Source: Phaeosaccion multiseriatum
Lineage: Eukaryota; Protista; Ochrophyta, other classes
NCBI GenBank assembly: GCA_965112735.1
Contig: OZ218961.1
Coordinates: 1,302,001 to 1,366,000, forward strand
Direction of reading: 5' to 3'
Length of the DNA stretch: 64,000 nucleotides
Below, piece after piece: positions 61,580-64,000 of the stretch. Positions within the stretch are counted from its first letter, which is position 1. Every line of letters starts with the position of its first letter. The translations under genes were made by a program, and so were the position numbers. The notes beneath the pieces were generated by a model, which saw only the letters and a program-made list of their open reading frames with translations, was not told where the DNA came from and searched no databases.

Positions 61580-63680
61580 CTACACCCCCAGTGCTTTGGC
61601 CTTGGCCTGCAGCCGGCCAATCACTTCGCTCAGCACTGCTCGCTTTTCCTGCAGCAGGGCCTCAGCCAAGGTCCGTGGCGACTGCTGTACCACCAACTGC
61701 TGCTGCTCGGCCTCTAGGATCTTAATGAGCGCCAGTGTGGCTGCGCGCTCGTTTGCGACGCTGCACAGGATGGCAGTGAATGAACAATGGATGTAGGTGG
61801 AGGAGGGGAAGGAATGGGAGGATGTGTCGATGTTCAGGGGTGGCGGGGCAGGAAGGGGAGGGGGGAGAGAGAGGAGGGAGGGGAGTCAAAGGGGTGGGGG
61901 GTGGGGACGAGGAGGGCGACACGTGAAGTGAAGGGAATGGGCGGGCGAGTCCGTCAATGCACCTGCTCTGCCACTCGGTACACATATGGATGGGTGAGAA
62001 TGAGCAAGAAAAACACTCCGTTACTCCGTTGTGGGACCAGAGTGTGAGGTAGGGAGGCAAGGCAAGGCAAGGCAAGGCACATCCACTGCCATCCGCTGCC
62101 CTCCACCACCATCGCCACCGCCTAAATATACCTGAGCTGGCTCTGAAAGTCCTGCATCTTCACGGACGACATGCGCTCCTCTGACAGCTGCCCATCTTCC
62201 AACACGACCAATCGAAGGGCCGCCAATGCATCCGGCAAGGACCCTCTGCGCAAGAGGAGGGCATCTGCTGCCATCCGCGCCTCTGCTTGCTTAGGAGAGA
62301 GGTCTTCGATCGGTCGGCGCTCTCGCTTAGACGGGGGCGGGGCGGGGCGGGCTTGGTCGGTGCTTCGCTGCAGTTTGACGCGCTGAGGCGGTGTGGGAGG
62401 GAGGGAAGGGAGGGAGGGAGGGAGGGAGGGAGGGAGGGAGGGAGGGAGGGAGGGAGGGAGGGAGGGAGGGAGGGAGGGGAGGGGAGGGGAGGGGAGGGAG
62501 GGAGGGAGGGAGGAAGGGATGGAGAATGCTCGATCAAAACGCTACGCTTGTCCTCCACGCATGCATGTGCATACGACTGCCTCACTGCCCCTATACCCGA
62601 CTGCCCAAAGCCTGCCTTGCCCTGCCCATATGCCTGCCTCGCCTTGCCCATATGCCTGCCTTGCCCTGCCCATATGCCTTCCTCGCCCTGCCCATATGCC
62701 TGCGTTGCCCTGCCCCTATGCCTGGCCTGCCCTACCCCGCTCATCCTACGTACCTCACACTTCGTCGACAGGGGAGACTTGAGGAACAGAGACAGCCTCT
62801 CACTGTCAATAGAGGCGCCCAGTAAGTCACTCACTTTAGAGGGCTTGGGAGGAAGGAAGGAGGGAGGGAGGGAGGGAGGGAGGGAGGGAGGGAGGGAGGG
62901 AGGGAGGGAGGGAGGGAGGGAGGGAGGGAGGGAGGGATGGGTGTTGCACGGGTCAGGGGAAGAGGACAGAGGGGCAAAGGTCTTGAATCACGCACTCACC
63001 ACCACACACACACACTTGCGCAAACACCAACAAACAACCATATATACGTACTCACATACGCACACACGCACACACGCACTCATGCACGCACACACACCCA
63101 CGCCCTCACACATGCAGGCACTCACACACACACAAACACACACACGCACGCACTCACCAGTCCGACAAGGTCGTAGACGTCGTTGGTGTTGCCCTCCTCC
63201 ACAAAGCCGTAGTGCTGCAGTAGGTGGTCATTCGAGCGGTCGCCATAGCTGATAAAGACTTGCTGGCCCGGAGCCCACCCCTCTTGTGTGGTAATGGCGA
63301 AGTAATCGTAGAAGTACTGCGGATGGCAGGGGATGGGCAGCAGAGAGAGGAAAGGATAGTAAGGGTGGTGGAGAGGGGGGGCTGTTAGATTGTTAAAATA
63401 GGCAGGGCGGGCAAAGGCAGGACAAGACGGCCTTTGCTTATCCTGTTTGGAGGCATCCGGAGGCATCGGAGGCTTGTCCTCCACAAGTCTTCTCCCTCTG
63501 CGTCCTTACACCCATTGTGCTGCAGAGCAAAAGCAGTGACAGACTCAAGTGGACATGCTCACAGCTGACAAGTGCGTCGCATGCATGTGTATGTCGTACG
63601 CAGGTCGGTGTGTGGTTGCTCGGGGATTTGACTCACATTGTAGCTGACGTCACTGGTTACCCCGCTCTTGTGATTGACTG
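61580..63680 (-). CDS. 3' exons of a SET-domain protein-lysine methyltransferase (Rubisco LSMT/SETD3-like); 5' part not located, probably beyond the window
   Basis: NHKSG exon; GQQVFISYGDRSNDHLLQHYGFVEEGNTND (~63159-63316); exons 62754-62833, 62132-62382 and 61580-61760 with SVANERAATLAL, similar to the LSMT substrate-binding domain. TAG at 61580-61582. Confidence 0.8.
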
Positions 63681-64000
63681 CCCCCCAACGATGAGGAGGA
63701 GGAGGAGGAGGGAGGGGAGTGAGTGAGTGAGTGATGGGCGTGTTCTCATCGATATAGCTGATCACAGCAAGACACACCTTTTTCCCTGCCTCTCCCTCTA
63801 TCCCCCCTTCTCCCTAACCCTCCTCTCTCGCTCTCCCTCTCTCTGACTCCCTCCCTCTCTCGTCCCTCCCCCTCTCGCTCTCCCTCTGTCTCTCTCTCCC
63901 TCCCTCCCTCCCTCCCTTTCTCCCTCCCCCTCTCGCGCCACACCCGCCCTTCCGCCCCACTCCGACAACATCACGACTCGACGCACTGACTCATTCGATA

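Noticed and set aside
1-64000. tRNA or rRNA genes
   Set aside because: None recognised by eye; tRNAscan-SE or Infernal would be needed to exclude them.

Overview
Eukaryotic, GC-rich, intron-rich DNA whose long introns are filled with microsatellites and minisatellites. The style suggests a stramenopile/ochrophyte-like alga, but the taxon cannot be fixed from sequence alone. Most ORF-track entries are repeat artefacts. Supportable content, in order: an intronless F-box-like/ankyrin gene; a multi-exon partial VPS13-like gene; a decayed minus-strand USP (peptidase C19) gene carrying two long fold-back duplications; a ~7 kb tandem duplication (about 2.4 copies) of glutamate decarboxylase 3' exons plus F-box/FNIP genes with hypervariable repeats; a second decayed gene with an 80-bp-arm hairpin; a 239-bp MITE with a 6-bp TSD; an intact 16-exon NUP50(N)-RCC1 fusion gene with an inverted exon copy in one intron; and the 3' part of a SET/Rubisco-LSMT-type gene. 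The most striking signal is four separate local inverted duplications of gene sequence. In one of them the hairpin loop is exactly a GT-AG intron, which makes it a candidate natural intron-spliced hairpin RNA (siRNA/miRNA precursor) built from a deubiquitinase pseudogene. All alignments and counts were done by eye, and expression and function are untested.
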